Below, piece by piece: positions 50,211 through 62,558 of a stretch of DNA of 64,000 nt. Location of the stretch: positions 1,162,816 through 1,226,815 of the forward strand of contig MU004191.1 of the NCBI GenBank assembly GCA_010093605.1. The letters are read 5' to 3'. The first letter of the stretch is position 1; every line of letters begins with the position of its first letter. Position numbers and translations under genes: made by a program. The stretch is from Lophium mytilinum (taxonomy: Eukaryota). The notes under the pieces are model-generated. The model ran no database searches. It saw only the letters and a program-made list of their open reading frames with translations, and was not told the origin of the DNA.

Positions 50211-51332
50211 ATGATCATTGTGTATCTAGGCCTAGTTCTATATATACTCAGTACCAGCCTCACTCAGATCACCAACCTCAATCAGAAGTCACTCGTGTTC
50301 GTAGAATTGGATAACTCAATCTCTGCAATCCCTCCAATTCCTCCGAGTATGTTTCCACCACTTCCAGACATTGCCCTTAGCTCGGCCGAGAATCCGGAGC
50401 ATTGTCTGCTTCTCAGCACTGATGAGCACATCATCAACCCGATCGTAGAGCTATACGAGCCAATCGACGGGTCTGCACCCGAAGACAGTTCTACCGTCGT
50501 CACCACTTCGGCGGAGACCCAACGGTATTGGCAGTTGATTCATCCGGGTTCCTTTGACCGCTATTCTTCTGACAAGGTGACTCTGAATGCGAACCTGGGC
50601 CCTTGGGGCTGGACCTCAAAGGCACCAGCGCCGTCTCCCACTCGCGATGAGCGTCTGCAAGAACTTAAAGAAATGCTGATACCATACGCGAAGACGACGC
50701 AGGGCCGACGAGAAGCCGAACGGGTGATCGCGGACTACAAGGCAGAACTGTTTGAAGACTGTACGTGCCCCGAGGACATCAATGCTGCTAATGAATATCT
50801 TCAAGAGATCGAACAGAGCTGGCAATACTGCAAGGACATGAACACGTTTGATGAGCAGTATTCTCGGAAGACTAATTCTGAGAGCATACAGATTATCCAG
50901 GAGAATCGGGGTCCGCTGGCAACCGAGCTTGCGAATCCGATGAACCATCTTTCCGTGCAAGATTACGAGAAGATTCGTGACGGGCCCTTTGAAGACCTTA
51001 AGAACGAGCTTCGGGATCGCGCAAAGACACTAAAGGGACGAGTGGCTACGGAAGCTCTCCTTCAGCGCTTCAAAGACGAGCTTTACGAGTCTCGTGAATC
51101 ACCTGCAGATATCAAAGCAGCAGAGGACTACCTTAGGGAGGTTGAGATGCTTTGGGAAACCTTCAAGTTCGGACGCGCAACACAAGGGCCACAGAAGCGT
51201 ACTCTCAATTTGTGGCCGTCGCGGAAACTTGCGGCAATAATCGAAGACGAAGATGATGAAGACGATGACCTCTCTGACTTTGAGGATGACGATGAGCATG
51301 CTCTGACACGTGTGTCTTCTCGAAGCTCATAA
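50211..51332 (+). CDS. Hypothetical protein with a hydrophobic N-terminus, a duplicated ~55-aa helical unit and an acidic tail
   Basis: Uninterrupted ORF of 373 codons from the ATG at 50211, with an internal repeat conserved at the protein level. Confidence 0.7.
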   Translation: MIIVYLGLVLYILSTSLTQITNLNQKSLVFVELDNSISAIPPIPPSMFPPLPDIALSSAENPEHCLLLSTDEHIINPIVELYEPIDGSAPEDSSTVVTTSAETQRYWQLIHPGSFDRYSSDKVTLNANLGPWGWTSKAPAPSPTRDERLQELKEMLIPYAKTTQGRREAERVIADYKAELFEDCTCPEDINAANEYLQEIEQSWQYCKDMNTFDEQYSRKTNSESIQIIQENRGPLATELANPMNHLSVQDYEKIRDGPFEDLKNELRDRAKTLKGRVATEALLQRFKDELYESRESPADIKAAEDYLREVEMLWETFKFGRATQGPQKRTLNLWPSRKLAAIIEDEDDEDDDLSDFEDDDEHALTRVSSRSS

Positions 51333-51708
51333 CTTCTCAAGCTTGTCCGTGCCAAGCTGCAATCGCCTGACTTGACCTAATTCAGTCAGACTTGAGTATC
51401 TTAAGTAACTCATCTCGACCTTTACACATACCTAAATTGATCACATTCACCAGCCCCACCACTTTGCCATGCTTCTGTGACCGACAACGCCACGCTTTCT
51501 TGTTTTGCTAGGCGCCCTTATTGTGCCTTTCGATCGCCTTTGGATCATATAAGAACTGCGCCCCGTACCGTTTTGTGAAGATGGTTTCGTGGCGTACATG
51601 ACCCCATGTTTCGCCCTATTGAAGCCAATTGATACCAATAACCACCCCTTCGCTAGCATATCGAGCTCTCCCTTAGTGTCATCACGACGCCTCAATCCCA
51701 TTCCCCGC

Positions 51709-52443
51709 TCACAAGTCCGGCACGAAATGCATTTTGAAGCTCTTCTTCGCCCGCTCTGGCGCCGTCCTCTGAAAATGCTCGCCATGAATCTCAAACACCA
51801 GCGGCCTCTGCCGCTGCTGCTCCCCCTCTTGCTCCAACAACGGCACCTCAACCCTAAACACCGTATGCTCCTTCGGCACCGTCTTCACCACATCCCCCCT
51901 CGTGACGATCTCAAACACAAACTTCGTATCCCGCACCACAATCCCCTCCAGCCCGACCCGGCTCACACACCGGCTGCGCACCACCGCCACCGCCGCCCCG
52001 TGCAGGTCTGCGCTCGCGACCATCGGCCCGGCGCCCGCGGGCGTCACGTACTTCACCGCCCCCCGGCCTTGCTCGCCCACCGGATTTCCCAAACCGAGGA
52101 CTTCCCGTATGTAGCCGCACCACATGCGATGCAGCGGTTCGTAGATTGCATATTTCTGCTGCGCTTTTGGGATCTCGTAGAGGCAGAGCGCGCGCTTCTG
52201 GGCGGCGGAGAGCGGGCGTGGCTTTCGGGATGCGCGGGCTTTGATCGCGGCGGAGCGGGCTGCGCGCGCGGTTCGGCGGGTTGCGCGTGCGGAGGGGGTG
52301 GGAGAGGTTGGGCGGAGGGGGAGTGGCCGCTTGACGACGCGCTCGGTGAAGAGGGTGCTGCTGGTTGTCGGGGAGTGCGCACGCGTGAGGAGGGTGTGTG
52401 CGATGTGGGGTTCGGACGGGTTGGATGGAGTGGCGTCTGTCAT
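51709..52443 (-). CDS. POP4: RNase P/MRP subunit p29
   Basis: KPRPLSAAQKRALCLYEIP, YEPLHRMWCGYI, ADLHGAAVAVVRSRCVSRVGLEGIVVRDT, VPKEHTVF and FEIHGEHF. Confidence 0.92.
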   Translation of the reverse strand: MTDATPSNPSEPHIAHTLLTRAHSPTTSSTLFTERVVKRPLPLRPTSPTPSARATRRTARAARSAAIKARASRKPRPLSAAQKRALCLYEIPKAQQKYAIYEPLHRMWCGYIREVLGLGNPVGEQGRGAVKYVTPAGAGPMVASADLHGAAVAVVRSRCVSRVGLEGIVVRDTKFVFEIVTRGDVVKTVPKEHTVFRVEVPLLEQEGEQQRQRPLVFEIHGEHFQRTAPERAKKSFKMHFVPDL

Positions 52444-53040
52444 TCTGGTTGGAATGTGGGTGCTGTATCAGCACTGCGGTGTGAAGTGTTTTGATGTCTG
52501 ATTGTAGGTGATAGATGAAGGATGCAAGGGTAGGTAGCTTTGGTGGTGGGGTTTTGCGTGCTGAGATGTATGCTACGCAGCACTTTTGGGTACGGGGTCC
52601 TCGAGCTCTAGTTTGCACTCAGACTCGTCGATCCTCAACACCACATACTCACGTATAGGTAGCCAATTAGCTTGACGCCTTTGTATTAGCTCAATTATCA
52701 TCTCCAACACACTTGGAAGTGATGGAAGGGACGCTTGTCCGTATTCCAAGCATGGACAGCACTGTCGGTGTCTGAAATGGAGACAATCCCCGAAGGCGTC
52801 CGCTTACACAATCACTATTTACCATGAAAAAGCGCCTTGAGGCATTAATGAAGCGAAAGGATTTCTAGTTCACACAGATACGAAGCTATTGATTCAGCTC
52901 TGAGCACTAACAGCTTGTACACGGTAGGGCGTACACGAAGTGACACGGAGTGACTCACCTGACCACAGCTATTTAACTCTTCATCAAGATCGCATACACA
53001 CGTACATTCTGTCTATCACTTTCAAACTTCAGAAGAAAAC

Positions 53041-54053
53041 ATGGACTCCAATTCCGTAGTCAAAGCAGAACCCGACCGACCTCGATACTTTCTCATCGGA
53101 GTATGGGACCGATACTCAAGCAAGTAGTCCTCGACAACGAGCCCAGCATCTCCACTAACAGCACCCCAGCATGGACAGCCAGAGTACGAGTGCTACTAGA
53201 CTTCTACTCAATCCCATACGACATGCGCATGTTCAACCTCTGGCATGAATCTAGAGAAGAAGTACGCATCACCGACCTCCCCAACTCATCAGAAGACACC
53301 ATAGGCTCACGCTCAAGCAAAAGTTCGACACTATCTCCCCTAGCGGCCTCGTCCCCGTCCTCATAGACAATAAGTACGACCCGCCACTCAAGATCAACGA
53401 CTCCCTCGCCATCCTCCTCCACCTGGCAGACGAGCACCCCTCCCTCCCCCTCTTCCCGGCAGACCCCTACCTCCGCACCATCGCGCGCTGCGCCGCCGCT
53501 GAAATGCACTCGGGCTTCACCGCCCTGCGCAACGAATTCTGCGCCAGTTTCCTCGCCAAGTACGAGGGCGCGATCCCGATCAGCGACGCTGCGGAAAAAG
53601 ACATAGCGAGAGTGCTGCAGCTCTGGGGCAACGCGCGACGGAAGACGGTTGAGCGGGCTAGCGAGGCGGGTAGCACGGTCAAAGACGAGGGGTTCTTGTG
53701 CGGCGAGTTCGGGATCGTGGATGCGTTCTTTTGGCCGGTGCTTTGGGTATGTTGCCGAACAGACTTCTCTTGTTTTCTATTAGATGTTATTGCTGATTTG
53801 CGGTTGCATTGTGCTAACGAACATGGGACAGAGGTTCCGATCGTTTAACCTCCCGTTGACGACGGCGACGCCGGAGGCGATTGAGTGGACGCGCAAGATG
53901 TGGAGTGATCCGCAGCTGAAGAAGGTTGGGAAAGACTACTTTCAGCAAGCAGAGAACCCGAGGTCGAAGATCGATCGCTACGACGATTTGTTCAAAGGAG
54001 TAGAGGGGATTACCTACGGAAAGTTTGATGAGGAGTGGACGTTTCATCCCTAA
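53041..54053 (+). CDS. Glutathione S-transferase-like protein; 4 exons, first intron GC-AG
   Basis: RYS(T)WTARV, ISPSGLVPVL, INDSLAI, AEMHSGFTALRN and FLCGEFGIVDAFFWPVLWRF. Introns at 53120-53169, 53262-53317 and about 53747-53832. Confidence 0.88.
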
Positions 54054-54677
54054 TGTGTTCAACGTCGAGACTAGAGATCAAGACCCCATTTTACGGATTG
54101 CGAGATGGACTCGATCTTCACGAGAAATTGGTCCCCTGAACTATATGGCGGGAATGCTTTGTTGGCTGAGAACGAATGAATTACGTTTGCAAAACTCGTT
54201 GCAAATCAAGCCGAATTCCTCAAGCTTATGGCAGTACGTCTGGCAACCTGGGGCTGCTCCTGGCGTGATTGTGTTGAATATTCCCAGCTGCCTAATTCCA
54301 AGCCTGAAACCTTTGTCTTTTGACAGCCATCCAAAATCTGCCGTCCGGAATTTGGATGTCTCGAAAACTTTTTGAGTGCATCTGGAAAATTTGACACCGC
54401 CAACATTCCACACTCTTTTGGCCGCCAAGACCTTCCCTATTGGGGAATGAAGGTGACGAATATTTTCTTCTTCAACAAGCACTTTGGATTAGTCCTCAGC
54501 TCACAGTGGCCGTTTGCTACGTTCCAAACGCAGCAAAAGAGGGAACGCGTATTCAATCGTCTATTCATGCTCCATAGCTATGCAAGTTCAGTCACGCAGA
54601 GAAGACCCAACCCCTCCACCAACCCATGCTATCCCTCGAGGAAATATATACAGGCCTCAACCCCATAATCCCCATCC

Positions 54678-56100
54678 TCACTTCGCCGCCTTCGGCGCAA
54701 ACCCCAAACTCTGATTCCCCCCATTGAACACGACAAACTGGCTCTTAAACATCGTATCCCCATAAATCTGCAAGCTCGAGCCCCCATTACTCTGCACGCC
54801 GCCAAAACACGTCGTATTCGTCGCATCCACCGGCGCAAACGTAATCTGATCCCCGGGCACATTCGCCACATACCCCCCAGTCCCAATCGCGACGCCGAAA
54901 TCCGGTGGCGTGGTATCGCACGGATACACGAACCCGCCGCTGTTCGGGTCATTCACCGCGCCTTTCACCTGCGCGTAGTACGCCTGCGCGACGGCGTCGT
55001 CGACGAGCAGCAGCGAGGTGCCGGTGTCGGCGATGGCGGGCGATGCGGCGGCGTTCTGCTGCGCTTTGCCGTTGATGGTGAAGCCCGGGGAGTCGAATTG
55101 CCAGAAGCCGTTGGTGGCGTCGACGGCGACAAAGGCGAGCGGGCCCGTGAATCGGGTGGTGTCGATGTTGCCGAATTCGTAGGTGCCGCTGCCGTCGGAT
55201 TCGAGGTCGACGGTGAAGACGGGCTGGGCGAGGGAGGCCATGACGTTGTCGAAGAAGGTTTTTTGCGGGGTTTTGGCGCCGCCGATGGTTACTAGGGGGG
55301 GTTTTGTTAGTGGGGAGGTGGTGGGTTGGGGGGGAGGGGATAGGGCGTACCGGTGTTGAGTTTGCTGAACGCGAGGCCGACGAGGCCGTCGTTGTTGGTG
55401 TCTTGGACGAAGGATTGGGAGACGGCGGTTGCGAGCTCGACGGCTTGTGCGGTGACGGTTGCACCGCCGATGTCGACGACGTCGTTGCCAACTGTTCCTG
55501 CGGCATCGCTACCGTCACCATAGGAGATGGAGAAGGCGGCATTGTCGATGGCCTTGAATGTGCTGCTCTTTGTTGGGTCGAAGGCAGTATGGCCACCGAT
55601 TTCAGCTGTGGAGAGCGCGGTGTTAAAGACCCAGCTGTTGTTATGTGTCAGTGGAGCTACAGCGTAGGGACGAATGATACATACAGATCAGAAGAACCGG
55701 TGTCGAAGTCCATGTTTAGGGTCTGCCCTCCAATCTTGACTGGAGAGAGAAAGAGAGCATCATTGTTCTCGGGCGTTGCAGCAACCTCGCCAGTTCCGTT
55801 GCTCGCAGGGGCAGTAGATGGAGCAGCATTTCCAGGAGTCGTGGCATTGCCCTGGGATAATGGTTGCTTGACGCCGTGTTTCTTGCCGCGATGATGCCTC
55901 TTTGCTCCGATGATGCCCCACTTGTACTTCCGATAGGCTTTTGTTATGGCGTCCATTCCATTTAGTTGACGCTTGCTTGCTGTGTTGATGCTGCGTGGGA
56001 CTTTGAATGACCGACCGACTAGCTTGGCTGGAGTAGGGGCAGCTAGTGCGACAGTTGCTAAGAGAGCGACGAGAAGAAGAAAGACTCGTAGAGAAGGCAT
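54678..56100 (-). CDS. Secreted A1 aspartic protease (aspergillopepsin/penicillopepsin-like); 3 exons
   Basis: Signal peptide and propeptide, catalytic MDFDTGSSDL and IADTGTSLL, the flap ISYGDGS, DGLVGLAFS and IYGDTMFKSQFVVF. Confidence 0.95.
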
Positions 56101-58262
56101 GATGAAATGCTGTCCGGCAGCTATGTGAAAATGCGAAGTGGAATGAAGGTTGTATCAAAGTACTATACAAGAAAGAAAGAAGTGACTCAGTCAAAAGAAC
56201 CGGCCAAAGAGCGACCACGCACAGCGGGAAAAGAAGCGAAGAGAGGGAAAGAGAAGACAAGAAAAGAGAAAGAGGAGGAATGAGGACACAGCTGAGAGTG
56301 GCGATGGTGCTAAAATGCATGAACTACGTGCTCTATATGGTAGATCTGGCACCGCACCCACTCCAGCCCCGCGGCCACGCCAGCTTCAGGGAGATTCACA
56401 TCCTCAGCACGCCAGCAAGGGTCCATCAAACGCGGTAGTTTCTATGTGAGGCCGTTGGGGCTGTCTGAGCCATTGAGACGGGCGCATGGAGCCGCCAGTC
56501 AGTGCAGCGGAGCCAAAGCACCAGGCGGAGGCGGGAATGGCTTGCAGGCAAGCGACAAAGGTGAAGTCGAGCCGCGACTGATTGGAGATTTTCGTCAAGG
56601 ACGGTGCTGCCCGTGCCGTGGTGCCGTCGGACGCATCACACACCTTACGCGGCAGACTGGTGGTGGTGCTGAGGGCGTCGCCAAAGGGAGCGTCAGGATT
56701 GGTGGAGTGGTGGTGCGGTTAGTGTGTCACGTTTCAGACTTGAGACTCCCCCACAGTTTACTGGCCTGCTGAAACCGGCCAGCCAAGCCTCTCACCTGGT
56801 CCGTTACAGCCTAGTAGTCCAAGCATCTCATTGTTTGATGCTTATTTCTGCTGCCAGTGGACTGTTGTGGTCCCAAATCGTCGACGAGTCCGGTTTCAGG
56901 GGAGAGGCTGACGATCCGTCCTTTCGTTTCTGTGCCTTCAAAGAATGAAACTCGGACTGCGGAGACAACTCTTGAACAAGAAGCCTCGAAGCGGCCCGTT
57001 TCGAAAGCGTGACTGTTTCGTGGCAAGGCATTATGGGAGACGAGAGAGGCTGATTTCGGTCATATCTAAACGGGCCAGCTTGGCCAGGCCATTCGATGTT
57101 CGTGTCGTTCATTTGCAATATCGGGGTAAGACGAAGAGACTACGCTTCACTGAGAAACGCTAAGGAAACGGATCACGACGCAGTGAAGTATCTATTGAGG
57201 AGTTGATTGGTGTGGGATGGCCTATTTCACAGTAGAGAAAAAGACTATACAAGTACTATTACGAACATGAGCACCAATAGGCGCGTTAGTGAGCTGCAAG
57301 AAGGCAGGTTTAATAAGCCCAGTTGAGAACCTTAGACGAGACAAGTCTTTTGCTGGTTAACTGTCATAGCCAAAGTCCACTCGAGTGCAAACAAGAAATC
57401 AGTGAGTAATTCTAGATCAAGCCATCCCTGCGGTCATACCAAACAGCCTTGAAGATGAGAAGATTCCTCATTATATTACCGGGCAAGTCAAGGCGACAAC
57501 GCGCCACTGTTTGCTACTGTTGTCAAACAGACTCGTGCGCCAGCTTCTTGCAACGGTATAGTGCAGGGATAGCATGAAGCAGTGAAAGCGGTCCTAACGA
57601 CATTCCGTCTACGCGCAGTACCTGTTTCAGACGACCGACCTAGTCACGCCATGCACGGTGACTACGCATCGTTGCTCCAATAAACGGTTCATGCTGTTAG
57701 CTGCCTGAGGCGTCCTGCAGCGAAGAGGACGTCCGCCCGGAGCATACGTCACGGTCTCCAAAATTTAAAAGTCGTGAGCTGGTTGGATTCTACAATATAC
57801 CTCAGGTCCACTCCGAAATGCAAAAGTCTTCTACTCACTCGCCTCCTGCTTCCAATCAGTCTCAGGGCTGCAAAACCACGAGGACTCATACCCCGCTCCT
57901 TCCCTCTCTCCAGTCTCCAGCTATGACACAGAAACCCCCGTATCCCCTCCCGTCCCCAGAAACGCCTGTGAATTCAACAACCCCTGTCCACTCCAGTGCA
58001 GTCAATGTCAACTACGGTAACAATTACCACCGCCATCTTAACGCAGCGTAAAAGCGGTTGAAAAAAAAGAGAAGAGCCAGCCGCCGTGATGCACCTCGAT
58101 ATGCAAAATCAGATACGTAGAGGAGAGAAAGCAAGGAAAACTGCATGAGAGGAGAGAAAATAGGACGGGGTGAAGCTAGACACGGGAACGCCGCACATTT
58201 CCGTACATAGAGCAGAAAGGGGAATGAGGCTAATGAAAACTCTAGTCTGCTTTGCTCTGGTC

Positions 58263-60532
58263 CTATCTCAAAAAGTCACTCCGGACATTAATGAAGGCAC
58301 CCGCGCCGCCGTCCTCCGCGAGGTCCGCGACTAGCACCTCCGTCTGCTGGCACAGTCGCTCGAGTGCTGCCGAAGACGATTTGCCCAATGAGACTGCGTG
58401 ACCATTAGCACATTTCCTTCCTCAACTCCCAGACCAGTCACAGAAGGGAGGTTAGACATACCTAAGATCGCACTATTCAGCTCCTCGGCCACTGGCACCC
58501 TCCCACTAACATCCAACAATGACGCCAAGCTGCTCTCCCTCGCGTCCGGATACGCCATCAGCGCAAATGTGTCCGTCAGCGCCTTCTTGACCTCACGCCT
58601 CGGGTCGTTGCTAAACTCGGCCTTCAGCTCTTGCCCGTATATGAGCGTCTCCTGCAGCATCTCCTGGTACCGCGCCGAGCTGTCGACAGGTTCTTCCGTG
58701 TCCATGCTTTCGGCGCCCCATTGCCCGTCGGTGGTGGCAAACTGGTCGTCGAGCTCCATTTGGTGGTCGAAGACGTCGTAGTCGTCGGAGCCGTGGTGGT
58801 GGCCGTTAGTGGCGGAGCGTTTCGAAGGGACGGTCAGCTCTGTGCATTTTCGCACCATCTCAATGAACTTGCGGCAGCGGAGTTTGAAGTAGATGTTTTC
58901 GTTGTCGCGGAGGACGGTTGGGCGGTATGCGGCGGTATGTTTGAGGGCTTTGTCGATGTCGCCGTCAAGTATTGCGGCACGAATTCCTACGTTTCACGTT
59001 AGATATGGCTAACGTCCATAAGAAAAGACTGGGTCTTACTTTGCCGATTTATCGCGTCCATGTCTTCTGCAGGATCCAGGTGCTTGAGTCCGGGATCAGC
59101 ATTGTTTGAGAGCGATCTTGATTCTTCCCGAACTTCTTCTGCAAAAGCTCGAGCTGTTTCCACGTATCCGTCGTGAGCTAGATATTGTACGATGAGCTCG
59201 TGGATGAGTGCCGTTTCGTCCATTTGGGGTCGATTTGACTTCGAGCTGTGGCTACCGGGGACGTTTATCATATTTATCTCACTCTGAATCTTTTCTTTCT
59301 CTTTCTATCGAACCATTAGGAATCTTAAAAATGTGCAGATAGCTTTGATGACTTACCTTCACCATGCTATCGATATCGAAGACGAAAGGTGTTTGCCCGA
59401 AATTCGCTCTCAGAGTCTCACCGGGTTTCCTCATTCCTACCATGGGATAGAGTTTCTCGTGTTTAATGTCTCTGAATGCAACCCCTAAGGCCGGTTAGCG
59501 CGCGTCGTGCAACAACAGGATTGAATATTTACCGATTTCACTTCCATTCTTTGTGAAGAAAGCACATCCTGTGCGAAAGTTTATGCCACAGCCTATGACA
59601 TCTGACGTTGTGAACTTAGGTCCAAATTGCTTGCCGGATGTTGTATTTGAAAAGATCATTCCATCGTCCCCATGATATGCCCACGATTCGGGCTCCCAGC
59701 CTGGTATCCTATTCAAAACGACCTTGGAACTTCCGAATCCGATACCAATCATCCTGCTCAAGATGTGTTAGCCTTGGTAGACAACATTTGGGCACTTGGC
59801 TCACCCTTCTTTACCCTTTGACACCACCGTAACTTCAAAGTAGTATATGCCGCACTGTCGTGGCATTGGGTAATCTGTCCGTATGGAGGCCGACTCTTCA
59901 TGTGTCTTTGCAGGTCCCTGGAAGCGCACCTCCAGTCCATCTCCTTGAACCTCTATCTGGGCGAATTTATCCGCTTCACTCCATCTCATCGGCCATGATG
60001 CGACGTGCTCCTCTACCAGCGGCGGCGCTCGCTCAATGATATCGTGTGTCATCCCCCGGTGCGACGGCACCATCTTATGTAGGTTGACGCTGCTAGAACT
60101 GGTGGAGAGGGACGCTGTGGCGGACGAGTGGTTGGATCGATGCTCGCGCTGGGCGGCAAGCTTTGCCTTGTGGGCCTCCTCCAGCCTTTCTGCATGGCGA
60201 GAGCCTCGGAGATATGATGGCACGAAGAATGATGAGGCCTGTTCCTCATGTCCTACGACGCCAAAGCCGTTCCCCATGCTCCCAAACTGGCTCGCGTAGG
60301 TGGGCAGCGGCCCAGCGCTCCTCCCCCATGGCATAGACATGCCGTTATGATGACCATCCGCTTCTAGTGACCTTGAATGGTTCCGGGCGTGGCCAGAAGA
60401 GCCGTGGTGTGGTGCTGCTTGTCCAGATGTCGCGTTGGCGTTGACCAGGTGTGAGAAAGCGCCGGAGCGTTGAGGATTGGTCGAAGAAGCTTGGCCAGAG
60501 ACAACGGAGGCGTACGAAGACCTCCGGAACAT
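58263..60532 (-). CDS. RanBPM/RanBP10-like CTLH/GID complex subunit (SPRY-LisH-CTLH-CRA); multi-exon
   Basis: SPRY: CGIYYFEVTV, PGWEPESWAYHGDDG and DVIGCGINF. LisH: LIHELIVQYLAHDGYVETARAF. CRA: FALMAYPD...RVPVAEELNSAIL. Confidence 0.92.
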
Positions 60533-61553
60533 GGCGGAGCCCGCAGTGTTAGCTGGAAGGTGGAGTTGGCTGCGATGGCAGGTGTTCAGGGCCGTTGAAT
60601 GCGGATGTCGGGTAGAGATATGGAGGTATGAAGATGGCGTAGTTGCGGGCAAGTAAAGCGACTGCGGAGGGCAGATCAACGGCACCTGCTGCTCTGTGCC
60701 GCGGCTACAAGTCCAGGAATCTTTGGCATGGTTTGGTTAACACAGCTCGCGCAACGCGTGTGGTGTATGAGCTACAGAGGCGGTGGGATGAGGTGCTTGA
60801 GTTGGTGGCCAACGAAGCTGGGAAGCGGCAACAGATGCGGGGAGTCTTGTCAACAATGATACCTCACCAGTCCAACATACGCAACTGATATTTACTTGAT
60901 TCGGTACGAACTACGGCAGTTTGTGAGTATCGCAACAGGTGAATATAAAAGTCAAAAGACATTAGTATGTCAGGTACTCCTCAGCCCCCGTGACCGCCAC
61001 TTCTCCAACGGCCGCCGATTATTCACGTCATCAAGTGACAGCGAAGATGGATGTTTAGGATGCTAGAACAGCGCAGACGTATGCCACGCGTGCGGAGCAA
61101 TCACGCCCACGCTTGAGCCTGTATTGACTCTATCTAGGCTCCTATGCTGGAACGGATAAAGCGACCCAGCCCATTCGATGCAGGCCAGACCGCGTGACTT
61201 ATCAGTCACATCGCCATGGTCCTTTTCCCTATGCCTAAAACTCCGGCTGCCCGTATCCGCAGCCTTTTGCCTTCACCGGACGCCGAACAGATGATGCCAA
61301 TAAACCCATCTAAAACGACAAGGGCAGAACGTAATGATCCAAGTAAAAGCAAAAGCAAATGCCAGTAGCAGCTTCCGTCCCGAATGACCTATGTAGGTAG
61401 AGTAAGTCCCCAATGTGTTCAGACATCCAGCGACATGCACGGTAATGCTTGCACGTGATTGCCAACATGGAACTGTAAATCGTCAGCATGCTTCAGCTAG
61501 CAGTAAAAGGGAAATGGGAGGACAAGCGGAACGTACCTATGCTAGAAATCATC

Positions 61554-62558
61554 TCAGGACACAACCACGGCGGGAACAGGAGACGAGGCCAGGATGTTGG
61601 CATTGGGCGGAATTGGTGTGCTGGAGTCGCCGGCACTGTTGCTCTTCTCGCTGATGGCACTGCTCTCGTCCTTCATCTTCGTGTCGCTGGACGCGGTTGT
61701 GTCGCTCTTCACGTCGCCATTGAAGTCGACGGCAGATCGCTTGGGAGCACGCCATGTTGGAACAGTCCAAGTGACGCCCGTGAAGCTCTTGATGGCAAAG
61801 GTCTTCTTTCCCCACTTCCGGCACGGTTTTCCAGTGCGGTCGAGCGCACGAAGGCCGGCGTTGATGGGGCCCCCGTTGGCCTTTGGACCAAGCTTCTGGA
61901 TGGGAGCAGGAGCGGCGAAGGCGCCCTTGGCGAGCGGGTCGTTGATGAGGTCTCCGCTATTAGATAGTTAGCGTGTGCAGAAGATGGCTTGAGTTTTGGA
62001 GTGAGAGGGGATGATGAGCGATAGGACGAAGCTTGAAAAATCGCTTCGATCAGTTCAGACGACAGGCGACGGCGATGATGTTTTGCCATATCGCTATCGC
62101 TCATCTCGTAGGAGCAGCGGAATCAGTACTTACAGTCGCGGCTTCTTCTTGGGGCCAGGCTTGCCTCGAGGCTTTGGCAGACCATCAGGTGTGAGGTTGG
62201 CAGCGCCCCTCTTGGAGCCGGGCTTTGGTCCAGGGACGCCCTTTCGCTTCACGCCAGCAGCTGTAGGAGGTGCCAGAGAGCTCGAGGCGGTGGTCGAGTT
62301 GGGCAGCAATGGAGTGGCGTTCGAGTCGGACGGGTTCTCGGAGGACGATGGCTCGTTTGCTGTCGCAGTCGGAGTCAAGGTCGACGTGGAGGAGGGCTTT
62401 CGTGAGCTTGAGTCCTTTCGCGCCAACTCAGGGCTGGCCGAGGGGAACTGCCTGAGCTTGTCGGCAGGCAGGGAGAATTTGACAACCAGGGACTTGGTCA
62501 GGCGAGCAGCCATCTTGGTGGTGGCAGGCGCTGGGGTGGCAGCGGTGATGGACGACAT
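61554..62558 (-). CDS. IES4: INO80 complex subunit Ies4; 2 exons
   Basis: KRKGVPGPKPGSKRG, KPRGKPGPKKKPRL and KLGPKANGGPINAGLRALDRTGKPCRKW..KSFTGVTW. Intron at 61957-62133. Confidence 0.85.
62013..62105 (-). other. Candidate structured RNA element (three-way junction) in the IES4 intron
   Basis: A perfect 12-bp inverted repeat (62013-62024 / 62094-62105) encloses two further hairpins. Confidence 0.5.

Noticed and set aside
51589..52494. 301-aa plus-strand ORF overlapping POP4
   Set aside because: An antisense shadow in GC-rich sequence, with no recognisable domain.
6733..60532. Ran GTPase and a RanBPM-like gene in the same window
   Set aside because: They are about 50 kb apart with many unrelated genes between them. 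RanBPM-family proteins are CTLH/GID ligase subunits, so this is probably coincidence.
60533..60685. In-frame open stretch upstream of the RanBPM-like ATG
   Set aside because: Only about 50 codons, which is expected by chance. The ATG at 60532 has good context (gccATG).
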